Below are positions 18,401 to 27,045 of a DNA stretch of 64,000 bases, in pieces. The stretch covers positions 209,884 through 273,883 of the forward strand of contig JASJDZ010000001.1 of NCBI GenBank assembly GCA_030065575.1. Reading direction: 5' to 3'. Under the pieces are notes generated by a model. That model did not search any database. It saw nothing but the letters and a program-made list of their open reading frames with translations, and had not been told where the DNA came from. Positions within the stretch are counted from its first letter, which is position 1, and each line of letters begins with the position of its first letter. Source of the DNA: Acidimicrobiia bacterium (GTDB lineage Bacteria > Actinomycetota > Acidimicrobiia > Spongiisociales > UBA5794). The position numbers were made by a program, and so were the translations under genes.

Positions 18401-18973
18401 CACCTAAGGCCGCACGTCCTGACGTCGGCGATCAAGGGCTTGGACGTTGCAGTGTTCGAGACAATCAAGACGCTGACCGAGGGAGAGTTCGAGCCGGGCA
18501 TCAGGACCCTCACGCTGGCCGATGGGGCGTTTTCCCTCACGTCCTCAGGTGAGTACATGACCGAGGATCAGCTGTCACGCATCGCCGACCTGAGCGCAAC
18601 TGTGATCTCCGGTCAAGCGGTCGTACCGGAGTTCCCCGAGGGCGAGATCCTCGCGCCGCCCGGTGTTGAGGTAGCGGAGAGGATCGCCGTTACTTGGGAC
18701 GGAACCACGTGCAGTTACGGCAGCGAACTGACCACTCTCGATATCGGTACGGCCATGCGGCTCGACTTCACAAATTCGAGCTCAGGAATAGCGGAAATGG
18801 CGGTAATGCAGGTCCAACCCGAGTTGGAATTGCAGTTGGTTGTTCCCACCGGGCCCCAGAGCGGAGCCTACGGCTTTGCCGTCCTGGGCCCGGGGAGCTT
18901 CGAGGTGAGCTGTCTGCCCAGCGGCCTCATGCCATGGGAAAGAACGACCGGAGCCATTCTGACCGCCGGGTAG
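15419..18973 (+). CDS. SARP-type wHTH-BTAD / nSTAND P-loop NTPase / TM / extracytoplasmic BMP (PnrA-like) binding-domain fusion protein
   Basis: The N-terminus 'VEFRVLGTLEA...' has the OmpR-type wHTH plus BTAD pattern. 'NPFKGLQTFLEHDSPDFFGRD', Walker A 'GPSGSGKSS' and Walker B 'LVLVIDQFEELF' follow. The TM helix is 'LWGLAAAVTVLVAVAIIWGVVAL'. The C-terminus has BMP-like 'VVGFVGGAQVNSVTSWRAGFESGV'. Confidence 0.85.
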   Translation: MLDYRDGKRGGVEFRVLGTLEAAHDGEPIDLGPLRQRSLLALLLIHANRVVATDRILEELWGDDAVGKENALWVYISRLRSVLEPDRQGRGESTVLVTRDHGYMLSIEPESIDAHRFEASVNVGRSSVLDDPSKASSVLREAADMWRGRAYEDFAYDEFAQAEISRLEELRLEAIEGRIEADLRRGQAGELVGELEALHQDHPLRERFVSQLMLALYRSGRQAESLRTFERFRRHVGEEMGIEPSPELCRLEEQVLLHDSRIQARRPSAARSPGGLVGSNPFKGLQTFLEHDSPDFFGRDRLLADIVRRLEEGAGLLALVGPSGSGKSSAVRAGLIPALRKGAIEGSDRWLIAQMVPGSQPFAELEAALLRSSLDAPDSLSEQLADPEVGILRAALRVLPDDQGCLVLVIDQFEELFTLVDDEQRRSRFLANLLTALDDSRGRVVVVLTLRADFYDRPLAYPEFGSRMGSGVINVVPLSPDELEVAAQRPAQQAGVSIEPALLAALLTDVVGRPGGLPLFQYTLTELFDRRVGDLLTLDTYRSIGGVGGALTKRAEDLYSQLDDAQRQAAGQLFLRLVTITKDDEWGRRRVPASEMVSLDVDVVALQAVIELYAAHRLLTLDRDFVSGSPTVEVAHEALLTEWDRLRDWIADGREDVRRHASLRLAMEEWIEADRNADFLLSGSRLERYEEWSGTAQLQLNAGQRGFLEASIAARDLATQVEQERLETEARTARSARRRLWGLAAAVTVLVAVAIIWGVVALGPAPATVAMFTPSDWPESMTDLMETGFARAERELDVEVELLTGRFSDVESEYRNLAESGTDLIIVDSNLSVAPWLEGVIADYPDTAFALIDPFFVMPTGALSVGFANQDAAYLAGLAAALTTESGVVGFVGGAQVNSVTSWRAGFESGVWAVDSAIDVLAIPATADTSGFADTAAAKAAGTQLFESGADVILAVAADASLGVVEAAWEQSESTGTQRWAITPDSDWWPTVDEHLRPHVLTSAIKGLDVAVFETIKTLTEGEFEPGIRTLTLADGAFSLTSSGEYMTEDQLSRIADLSATVISGQAVVPEFPEGEILAPPGVEVAERIAVTWDGTTCSYGSELTTLDIGTAMRLDFTNSSSGIAEMAVMQVQPELELQLVVPTGPQSGAYGFAVLGPGSFEVSCLPSGLMPWERTTGAILTAG

Positions 18974-19015
18974 CAACCGAGGTCAGGACCTGAGCGAAGG
19001 TCAATCTCGCAATCA

Positions 19016-19044
19016 GGAACCCCCCTGACACACAGGGGGGTTCC
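19016..19044. terminator. bidirectional hairpin terminator between convergent genes
   Basis: GGAACCCCCCT-GACACAC-AGGGGGGTTCC, an 11-bp perfect stem. Confidence 0.7.
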
Positions 19045-19064
19045 GGGTTCTCTTCGCTCGGGGC

Positions 19065-19241
19065 CTACGGCCGGTCGGGTGGTCGCCGTTTCCGCAAGCG
19101 CCCGGAACGGCGTGCGGCATCGACCAGTATGGCCTCGATCTGGGCGTTCACCGAGCGAAACTCGTCTGCCGCCCACGACTCGTAGACGTCGTAGAGCTCC
19201 TGGGGAATCCGAAGCAGATACTGCTTTCGTTGGCGCGCCAT
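19065..19241 (-). CDS. Arc/MetJ-type ribbon-helix-helix DNA-binding protein (58 aa, not in ORF track)
   Basis: My translation is '[58 protein letters not shown]'. SD GGGGAG lies 6 nt upstream, and the ORF starts 18 nt after the SPFH stop. Confidence 0.7.
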   Translation of the reverse strand: MARQRKQYLLRIPQELYDVYESWAADEFRSVNAQIEAILVDAARRSGRLRKRRPPDRP

Positions 19242-19259
19242 GCGATGCTCCCCGGTTCG

Positions 19260-20168
19260 CTACCGACTCAGCGTCCCTACGTTCACAACCGGGTTCGTCG
19301 GCTGATCACTAGCGATAACGGTCATCAAGTTGGCAGCGAAGGTCGCCTTGCGATCCTCGTCGAGAGCGATGGAATCATGACCCGCATCTCCCTCTTCGAG
19401 GCCGGCGACTGCATCACGCACCATGAGCACGGCACCTTCGACGATCTTCTTGCGAGCAGCGACAATGGCGGCCGCCTGTTGCCGGCGCAGCATCGACTCG
19501 GCGATCTCCGGGGCATACGCCAGGTCGGTGATACGGGTCTCCATGATCTCTACCCCGGCGTCGTCGGCGCGATCCTGCAACTCGACGAGAAGATCCTCGT
19601 TGATCTCACTGGTGGCGCCGATGAGCGTCGTCACATCCGTCTCATCAAACGCGTCATATGGGTACGACCGGGCGAGCTGGCGAACGGCGGACTCCGACTG
19701 GATCTGCACGTAGTTCGTGAAGTTGTCGACGCCGAACACGGCCCGAGCAGTGTCGGTGACTCGCCACACGACGACCGCGGCAATCTCGATCGGGTTGCCG
19801 CGCGCATCGTTGACCTTCGAGGTCTGCGTGGTGAAGTTGCGCACCCGCAGCGATACCTTCTTCTTGATGTACAGCGGATTGGCCCAGCGCAGCCCCGGCT
19901 TTGCGTCGCTTCCCCGATAGTCGCCGAACAGGGTCAGCACGGCCGACTGGTTGGGCTGGATCATGTAGAAGCCGATTGAGACGATGACAACCAGAAGCGA
20001 CAGGAGACTCGCCAGGAGGATCATCCATAGGCTCCCGTTTATCGCTCCGAAGATGAACAGGGCAATTGAGCCGAGCAGCATGACGATGTCGGCCAGCAGC
20101 CAGGGGATACCTCCCCGGGACCGGGCCGGTGTCTCGACTATCTGCAAGTTGGTTTCCCGAACAGTCAC
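19260..20168 (-). CDS. SPFH/Band-7 domain membrane protein
   Basis: N-terminal TM helices, then the SPFH pattern 'PNQSAVLTLFGDYRG...PGLRWANP...AAVVVWRVTD'. GTG 20168 is preferred (SD AGAGGAG 5 nt upstream) over the track TTG 20186. Confidence 0.85.
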   Translation of the reverse strand: MTVRETNLQIVETPARSRGGIPWLLADIVMLLGSIALFIFGAINGSLWMILLASLLSLLVVIVSIGFYMIQPNQSAVLTLFGDYRGSDAKPGLRWANPLYIKKKVSLRVRNFTTQTSKVNDARGNPIEIAAVVVWRVTDTARAVFGVDNFTNYVQIQSESAVRQLARSYPYDAFDETDVTTLIGATSEINEDLLVELQDRADDAGVEIMETRITDLAYAPEIAESMLRRQQAAAIVAARKKIVEGAVLMVRDAVAGLEEGDAGHDSIALDEDRKATFAANLMTVIASDQPTNPVVNVGTLSR

Positions 20169-20193
20169 GATGACTCCTCTTGTCAACTGAGGG

Positions 20194-20223
20194 TACTATC
20201 AGAATGATATCATATTGATAGTA
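20194..20223. promoter_or_regulatory. 30-nt near-perfect palindrome (operator candidate) in an AT-rich divergent promoter region
   Basis: TACTATCA-GA-ATGATATCAT-AT-TGATAGTA: 8-bp outer arms plus a perfect 10-nt central palindrome, 26 nt upstream of the SPFH start. Confidence 0.6.
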
Positions 20224-20271
20224 CGAATTGCAATGGCAACCGGCAGTAATCCCGCGGGCTAGCGTTTCGAC

Positions 20272-21129
20272 ATGACCACCGCGCCGGAGAAACCACGTCG
20301 CCTCCACGACCTCGACGCACTGCGCGGTTTCGCCATGCTGCTCGGCATCGCATTACACGCCGCGTTGGCGTTCATCCCCGGCTTCTGGGCAGTCAAGGAC
20401 TCAACAGCATCGTTCAATGGGCCCTACGACGAGGTCCTCTTCGCAATCCACGGCTTCCGGATGCCGCTCTTCTTCCTCCTGAGCGGGTTCTTCACCGCAA
20501 TGCTGTGGAAGAGGCGCAGCCCTCATCCCCCTCACCTTGATACCCCAGTTGATGATGGGTGGCGGCGGTGAGGAACCTGTGTTTGGGCCGGATACGTCGA
20601 CGGGTCTCGTGCCCCTGTGGCACGTACCGGGCTACTACGCGATCTTCTTCGCCGTTGGAGCGCTGCTCTGGGGTCGAACCTCTACCGACGGCACACCGAT
20701 GATCGAGCGGCTGAGCCGGTGGTGGGGGCCCATCCTGCCGCTGACGCTCTTTCTCGTCCTCCCGTTCGCCCTCGGGGCCACGTTCGGCGAGGAACGCGAC
20801 TGGGGCTTCGCTTCGCTACTCCAGGTCATCTACACCTGGGGGATGATCGTTGGGCTCATGGGGTGGTTCTGTCAAAGGAACGGCGCGGGGTGCGGTATCT
20901 GTCAGATTCGTCGTACTGGCTGTACCTGGCGCACTTCCCGCTCGTGATCTTCCTTCAGTCGCTCATCCGCTCGCGGGACCTTCCGGCTGGGGTCAAGTTC
21001 TGGGGATTGCTCATCTTCGCCAGCGCCGTGTTGCTGGGTTCCTACCAGCTGTTCGTCCGGTACACCCCGATCGGCACGATGCTGAACGGCAAGCGGACAC
21101 GTCCATCAAGGGTGCTGACCCGGGCCTGA
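20272..21129 (+). pseudogene. acyltransferase-3 family (OpgC/OafA-like) gene interrupted by two frameshifts
   Basis: The N-terminus is in frame 1 ('LDALRGFAMLLGIALHA...FRMPLFFLLSGFF'). The hydrophobic middle is in frame 2 (20522..20880). The C-terminus is back in frame 1 ('VRYLSDSSYWLYLAHFPLVIF'). Confidence 0.6.
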
Positions 21130-21214
21130 TCCGACCGAAGTTGCAGGATGACAGAAGCGTCTTCCATGTGTTCCTCAGGCCGGTACTCTCCGGCCTTCGC
21201 ATGGAGGTAGCCAA

Positions 21215-21568
21215 ATGGCACAGAAGACAATCGGCGCCGGCGTGGCGCTCATCGCACTTGGAGTTCTCGTATCGATCGCATCGGACTCCAGCAGCGCTAC
21301 CTCGCTGATCCCGGCGATCGTTGGGGCAGTGTTTGTGGTGCTCGGGCTAGGCGCCCGGATGCGGCCCGCCATTGCACACCACCTCATGCACGCGACAGCA
21401 GCCCTTGCCCTTCTGATAATCCTCGGCAGCCTGGGATCGGCAATCGGGCGGGGCAGCACCGGATGGGCGCTGTTCGCCCAGCTCGGTTCGGTCGTCATCG
21501 CCGGTGTCTACCTCGGCTACGCCGTAGCCTCCTTCCGGCGAGCCCGACAGGCGCGTAGCGCCGAGTAG
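21215..21568 (+). CDS. small integral membrane protein (about 4 TM)
   Basis: 117 aa with four hydrophobic segments and a basic C-terminus. Confidence 0.6.
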   Translation: MAQKTIGAGVALIALGVLVSIASDSSSATSLIPAIVGAVFVVLGLGARMRPAIAHHLMHATAALALLIILGSLGSAIGRGSTGWALFAQLGSVVIAGVYLGYAVASFRRARQARSAE

Positions 21569-21598
21569 CAACACCTCGGACGAGGAAGCCGCGATCCG

Positions 21599-22993
21599 TC
21601 AACTCAGGATTGTCGTGAGCTCGTCCCGGCTGAGGTTGTAGGAGGCTGGTGGCATATCGTCGGCCACCAATCGAGCTCGTGCCATCAGCTCGTCGTCATC
21701 GAGACAGCTCGATGGAGTGTCGAACCCCTGATTCACTGCGGTCCAGCGCCGCCAGCACTCCATGTCCCGCATGGACGCCCGCACCATCCGGGTGCGATCG
21801 GAGACATCACCGTTCGCCGGGTTGCCCAGGGCCTCGTTGAGGGCCCGGCGCATACCTTCATCCGAGGCAACGGCATCCCACAGGTACGGCAGCAGGCGGT
21901 CCTCCTTGACACGATCGAACTCGTAGGTGATCTCCTCAGGCCGATCCGTCACCCGGAGGAGAGATCGGAGCTCCAGAGCACCTATGGCGGCGAGGGCAAT
22001 GCCACGGCCGAGGCTCGGGTTCGTCGACAGGACCGAGTCGCCGACGTTGACGATCCCGATTACCGACGGGCGGTCGCCGTTCCAGAAGCGGAGCCGGCGA
22101 TTCTGGATGGCACCCATGGGGAGGACATCGCTGATCGGAGTAGCGACGGCGGGGTCGACCCAGTGTGCGATCGGATCGAGTTTGCGGGCGACGGCAGTGA
22201 ATACCTCAGGATCGCGGAGCCGGCGCAGGATCTTGTCGCTGCCGAGCCCGACCATGGCCAAACCGAACACGCCTGAATCGCCCGGGAAGTTCAGTGCCAC
22301 CAAACCGGGCGCCATACCGCCAAACAGGCCTGCAACGTTCTCTGGGTAGGTGCCGTCGTGGGTGCGGAACCACATGGAGTGGTAGGTGAAGCCGTCGCTC
22401 TCGCTCCATTGCTCGACGGGTGCTCCGAGCGCTTCGAACCACTTCGGGGCGGCCGTGCGGCGCCCCCCGGAGTCGATGACCAGATCTGCTTCGACATCGC
22501 CGTTCTCAGTGGTCACACCCCGGATGGTGGGGATTCCGTTCGGGTCGAGCTCACCGGCGAGCAATCCCGTGACGGCCATTCCCCGGCGCACGTCAACATT
22601 CGGCTCGGAGTCGGCGGCGAGGGCCATGAGGCGGTCAAATGTGGTGCGGCGCATGACCTCGACGCGGAATCGGCGGCGATCCTCTTTGGTCACCGCATCG
22701 GGATCTGGAGCGAAACGGGTCAGGTGGTCTGACGTGTAGGTATCGGACTTCTCGACGCCGGCCCACACGTCGGGCAATTCCTCGACCAATACCTCGCGGG
22801 TCCTGCCGAGGAAGCCGTGGGGTTGGCGCACTTGCGATATGCCCTTGCGGGTCCAAGAGTTCCACGCTGCTTCGTTGGACGCCGGTGGAGGCTCGGCATC
22901 CCGCTCGAGCACGGTCACGTCATGACCGTCCCGGGCAAGGAGCAAACCAGTCAATAGTCCGCCGGCACCGCCTCCGACCACCACGATTCTCAT
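21599..22993 (-). CDS. FAD-dependent oxidoreductase/monooxygenase-like
   Basis: 'MRIVVVGGGAGGLLTGLLLARDGHDVTVLERD' GxGxxG-plus-acidic motif. 464 aa. Confidence 0.75.
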   Translation of the reverse strand: MRIVVVGGGAGGLLTGLLLARDGHDVTVLERDAEPPPASNEAAWNSWTRKGISQVRQPHGFLGRTREVLVEELPDVWAGVEKSDTYTSDHLTRFAPDPDAVTKEDRRRFRVEVMRRTTFDRLMALAADSEPNVDVRRGMAVTGLLAGELDPNGIPTIRGVTTENGDVEADLVIDSGGRRTAAPKWFEALGAPVEQWSESDGFTYHSMWFRTHDGTYPENVAGLFGGMAPGLVALNFPGDSGVFGLAMVGLGSDKILRRLRDPEVFTAVARKLDPIAHWVDPAVATPISDVLPMGAIQNRRLRFWNGDRPSVIGIVNVGDSVLSTNPSLGRGIALAAIGALELRSLLRVTDRPEEITYEFDRVKEDRLLPYLWDAVASDEGMRRALNEALGNPANGDVSDRTRMVRASMRDMECWRRWTAVNQGFDTPSSCLDDDELMARARLVADDMPPASYNLSRDELTTILS

Positions 22994-23280
22994 GCGCTCT
23001 CCCTCCCTCGCATCGGGAACCAGAGGCTAGCGACGGCATCATTGCTTCTCAGACGCTCAACGACCGCGTAACCTTGTCAACAGTGGCCGCCTTCTTGGAG
23101 AGGGCACTGGGTTGAAAGGAACCGCAGCAACGAGGGAACCTCACGGAGTCCCGCAAACGTTCTACTGAAGAGACCCGCCGAAGGGACAAGCATGAGTACA
23201 CGAGTCACGGCCACCGCCATTGCGGTAGCCATCACCGCCGCAACTCTCATCCTGGCAACGGCTCACGCAGTCGGCGCTAT

Positions 23281-25176
23281 CTAGGCCGCTGCCTCGTTGT
23301 CAACGGCTTCCGGACAGCGGCGCAGCACACCGTTGCCGCCTTCTTCACGACGCCACTTGGGCACGTCGGCAAAGAGACGAGCGATGTCGTCGGCATCCAG
23401 TGTCTCTCGTTCGAGCAGCTCAGCAGTCATAGCCTCCAACGCATCGCGGTGAGCCGCAAGAACGGTATCGGCCTCCTTCTGTGAGTTGTCGAGCAGGCGC
23501 CGGATCTCAGCATCGATCGCAGTTGCAGTGCCATCGGAGTAGGACTGCTGCCCCCCAACGGTCTGGCCGAGGAAGCCGGTTTCGCCGTCATTGAGACGCA
23601 TGAAGCCAAGCGCGTCGGTCATGCCGAATCGGGTCACCATCTGGCGGGCGATATCCGTTGCTTTCTCCAGGTCGTTTGAAGCTCCCGTCGTCGGATCGCC
23701 GTACACGAGATCCTCGGCGGCGCGCCCCCCGGCGAGCATTGCCATCTGATTCCACAGTTGGCTGCGATGGATGAGACGACGCTCCTCCTCAGGAAGCGAC
23801 TGGGTGTAGCCGAGTGCTTGCCCGCGCGGGATGATCGTCACCTTGTGCAGTGGATCCGCACCGGGCAGGGCCCACCCGACCAAGGCATGGCCCGCCTCGT
23901 GATAAGCAACGACCTCGCGCTCCAACGGGGTCAGCACCGAGCCACGCCGCTCGGGGCCAGCCATCACCTTGTCGACGGCGTCTTCCAGTTCGGCATTTCC
24001 CACGAGCTTCTTGCTCCGGCGGGTCGCCAGCAAAGTCGCTTCATTCAGCACATTCGCCAGGTCGGCGCCGGTGAACCCGGGCGTACGCTTGGCAACCGTC
24101 TCGAGATCGATCTCGTCCGAGAGTGGCTTCCCCTTGGCATGAACGCCGAGGATCGCCACCCGACCCGCAAGGTCTGGACGATCGATCAGGATCTGGCGGT
24201 CGAACCTGCCGGGACGGAGCAGCGCAGCGTCGAGCACGTCAGGGCGGTTGGTTGCGGCCATCACAATGACGCCGGTCTGGTTGTCGAAACCATCCATCTC
24301 GACGAGCAACTGGTTCAGAGTCTGCTCCCGCTCGTCGTTGCCGCCACCGAGACCCACTCCACGGCTGCGTCCGACGGCGTCGATCTCATCGATGAACACA
24401 ATTGCCGGGGAGGCTTCCTTAGCTTGCTTGAAGAGGTCGCGCACCCTGCTGGCACCGACACCGACGAACATCTCGACGAAGTCGGAGCCTGAGATCGAGA
24501 AGAACGGAACACCCGCTTCGCCGGCAACCGCACGAGCGAGGAGCGTCTTGCCGGTACCCGGAGGGCCGGTGAGGAGCACGCCCTTCGGGACCCGAGCGCC
24601 CATCGACTTGAAACGAGTGGGCGACTCGAGGAAGTCACGGATCTCAGCGATGTCTTCGAGGGCTTCGTCGAGCCCGGCGACGTCAGAGAACTTCACCTTG
24701 GGTTGATCGGCAGTCACCTGATTGGCCTGCGCCTTGCGGATGTTCATCAGGCCGCCCTGAGCACGACCGACTCCGCGGAAGATCAATATGGCGAGCCCAA
24801 CGATCAACAGAATGGGAAGCAGGCCGATGATGGTGGCGAGGATGCCGGGACCGGAACGCTCGACGGTCGTTTCCGCGTTGGAGGCGAGAAGTAGCGCTGT
24901 TATATCGCCTTCGAACCCGTCGGGGTACGAAGTCGAGAACGCGGTCGCTCCATCGATCGGGGTTCTCAGTTCGCCCACGATTTCGTCTGCATCGACCCTG
25001 ATTGTGGCGGTTGCGATCTCATCTTCGGCAACCAGAGTTTCCAGCTGATCCAGCGTGATCTGGGTCGTTGCCTGGTCGCTTGCCGGTGGCGCGAAGAGCA
25101 CACTGATCAGCAGCGTTGCGCCGATGATCAACAGAATTGGACGTATACGAGACTGCGGGGTGCGGGCGTTCATCAT
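23281..25176 (-). CDS. ftsH: ATP-dependent zinc metalloprotease FtsH
   Basis: Two N-terminal TM helices, Walker A 'GPPGTGKT', SRH '[20 protein letters not shown]' and zinc motif 'HEAGHA'. Start taken at the internal 'MMNARTPQ'. Confidence 0.95.
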   Translation of the reverse strand: MMNARTPQSRIRPILLIIGATLLISVLFAPPASDQATTQITLDQLETLVAEDEIATATIRVDADEIVGELRTPIDGATAFSTSYPDGFEGDITALLLASNAETTVERSGPGILATIIGLLPILLIVGLAILIFRGVGRAQGGLMNIRKAQANQVTADQPKVKFSDVAGLDEALEDIAEIRDFLESPTRFKSMGARVPKGVLLTGPPGTGKTLLARAVAGEAGVPFFSISGSDFVEMFVGVGASRVRDLFKQAKEASPAIVFIDEIDAVGRSRGVGLGGGNDEREQTLNQLLVEMDGFDNQTGVIVMAATNRPDVLDAALLRPGRFDRQILIDRPDLAGRVAILGVHAKGKPLSDEIDLETVAKRTPGFTGADLANVLNEATLLATRRSKKLVGNAELEDAVDKVMAGPERRGSVLTPLEREVVAYHEAGHALVGWALPGADPLHKVTIIPRGQALGYTQSLPEEERRLIHRSQLWNQMAMLAGGRAAEDLVYGDPTTGASNDLEKATDIARQMVTRFGMTDALGFMRLNDGETGFLGQTVGGQQSYSDGTATAIDAEIRRLLDNSQKEADTVLAAHRDALEAMTAELLERETLDADDIARLFADVPKWRREEGGNGVLRRCPEAVDNEAAA

Positions 25177-25374
25177 TTTCCGTTCGGAGCTGATACATAT
25201 ACATCGGTGCCGAGCACGGTTGTGGATGCCTTCGAGCCCTCCCTCAGACCCTGTGGTTGCCCTCCCAAAGAATGGCCGGCTGGGGACACGGCCGGCAGAA
25301 CTCAGAGGTAGGCTCGAACGCAGAGCATCCGGCCGCACCAGCGGTGGGTACGAGTTCAATTGGACACGGCTTCA

Positions 25375-27045
25375 ATGTCTGCTCTGAACCGGTTCAAGCA
25401 ATCAGATGCGTTCTGGCATCTTGAAACCTCCCTGGTGGTCCTTGCCGTCCTGCTTTCGATCATGGCGCTGTTCTCCAACCCAACCCGATCGGGCGCCGTG
25501 TCCGAGGAAGCACAGCCGATATCCGGTGTGATCGCTCAGGCGAATGCCATGCCCCACCAGGGTTGGGCGCCCATGACGGTCTACTTCAGCGCCTTTGGAA
25601 GTCGCTCGACGAGTGGGGACATCCTGCGATACGAGTGGGATCTGGATGGCAATGGCCTCTACGACACTGAAACCGCCGACGGCTACGCCAGCTACACCTA
25701 CGCGAAGCCGGGCGACTACGTGGTAACTCTGCGAGTCGTGGATGAAGCCGGTGCCAGGGCAACCGACAGTCTCACGGTATCTGTTCGCCATCCCGGGTCG
25801 AGCCCGGTGGATTACTGGACGGTTTTTGACGACAGCAGGGTGCAGAGGGTCGATATCGAGTTGACCCAGGCCGCGTGGGATGAGCTCTGGGTCGATCCCG
25901 AGTCCAAGCGAACCGTCAGAGCTGACGCAGAGGTATTCGGGGAGAGACTCAACGACGTCGGATTCCGAATGAGAGGACAGTTCTCCTTGCGGGAATCTGG
26001 GGAGAAGAAGCCGTGGAAGATCGACACCGACTTCTACGTCGACGGCCAGGAGTACCGGAACCTGAAGCAGCTGATGTTCATCAACAACATCGGCGACCCG
26101 ACCATGGTCAGCGAGAAGGTGGCCTACGACCTACTGGGCTTCGCCGGGGTGCCCGCATCGCACGTCAGCTTCGTTGAACTCTGGATCGACATCACAGATG
26201 ACGGCGCGGGTCCTGTCTTCTGGGGTGTGTACTCGATGGTGGAACGAGTCGACAGGAAGTTCCTCGCAGCCAGATTCGGGAACGACAGTGACCAGGGGAA
26301 TCTCTACAAGGCAAGCCATGCGCAGAGAGGCCCCATGGATCTGATCTACTACGGCGACAGCATCGAGAACTACCCGACGCAAGGCGGACAGTATGCCTAC
26401 GGGAAGGTCACCAACGAGGAGGAGAACGACTACTCCGACGTGATCAACCTCGCCAGGGTGATCGACGGCACCACCTATTCCACCTGGGAGGACTTCGCAG
26501 AGGCTCTGGAGGAGGTGTTCAACGTGGATACCTTCCTGCGCTACATCGCCGTGATGAACGCTTTCGCCACCTGGGATTACTACCCGTACACGGGCAACAA
26601 CTTCTTCCTCTACAACAACCCTGCGACCGGCAGGTTCGAGTGGATTCCCTGGGATCTAACGGTGGGAGGGGACACGCGCACTCCCCTCTTCGAACTCACC
26701 GACTTCGGGTTCCTGGAACGGGCTCCGCTCTACGAGAACGTCTTCGAGGTCGAACGGTATCGCTGGAAGTACGCGGCCTACCTCGACCTCCTCGCCAGGA
26801 ACCGTTTCAACTACGACATCATCTACGCATCAACGAGCGGGCTGCACGACATGATCGCCCCCTACGTGACGCAGGGCACCGGGGACAAGATGTACTTCGG
26901 TGACACGGCCATGTTCCCGTACGAGAGCTTCGCAGGCGGGTGGGACGGACTGGCGACCTTCGCCGGTGAGAGAAGCCGTTTCATCCTCGAGGAGCTTGCC
27001 TCAATGCAACAGCAATCCGTCTTCGACTCAGGAGGATCACAGTGA
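25375..27045 (+). CDS. membrane-anchored PKD-domain + CotH kinase family protein
   Basis: N-terminal anchor 'LVVLAVLLSIMALF'. PKD-like 'MTVYFSAFGS...YEWDLDGNG...GDYVVTLRVVDEAG'. CotH-like blocks 'NLYK' and 'NNFFLYNNPATGRFEWIPWDL'. Confidence 0.8.
   Translation: MSALNRFKQSDAFWHLETSLVVLAVLLSIMALFSNPTRSGAVSEEAQPISGVIAQANAMPHQGWAPMTVYFSAFGSRSTSGDILRYEWDLDGNGLYDTETADGYASYTYAKPGDYVVTLRVVDEAGARATDSLTVSVRHPGSSPVDYWTVFDDSRVQRVDIELTQAAWDELWVDPESKRTVRADAEVFGERLNDVGFRMRGQFSLRESGEKKPWKIDTDFYVDGQEYRNLKQLMFINNIGDPTMVSEKVAYDLLGFAGVPASHVSFVELWIDITDDGAGPVFWGVYSMVERVDRKFLAARFGNDSDQGNLYKASHAQRGPMDLIYYGDSIENYPTQGGQYAYGKVTNEEENDYSDVINLARVIDGTTYSTWEDFAEALEEVFNVDTFLRYIAVMNAFATWDYYPYTGNNFFLYNNPATGRFEWIPWDLTVGGDTRTPLFELTDFGFLERAPLYENVFEVERYRWKYAAYLDLLARNRFNYDIIYASTSGLHDMIAPYVTQGTGDKMYFGDTAMFPYESFAGGWDGLATFAGERSRFILEELASMQQQSVFDSGGSQ

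Noticed and set aside
23192-23284. 30-aa hydrophobic mini-ORF '[30 protein letters not shown]' with a GAAGGGA-like RBS. Its stop overlaps the FtsH stop.
   Set aside because: It is too short and low-complexity to support from sequence alone. It could be a small membrane protein but needs ribosome profiling or conservation evidence.
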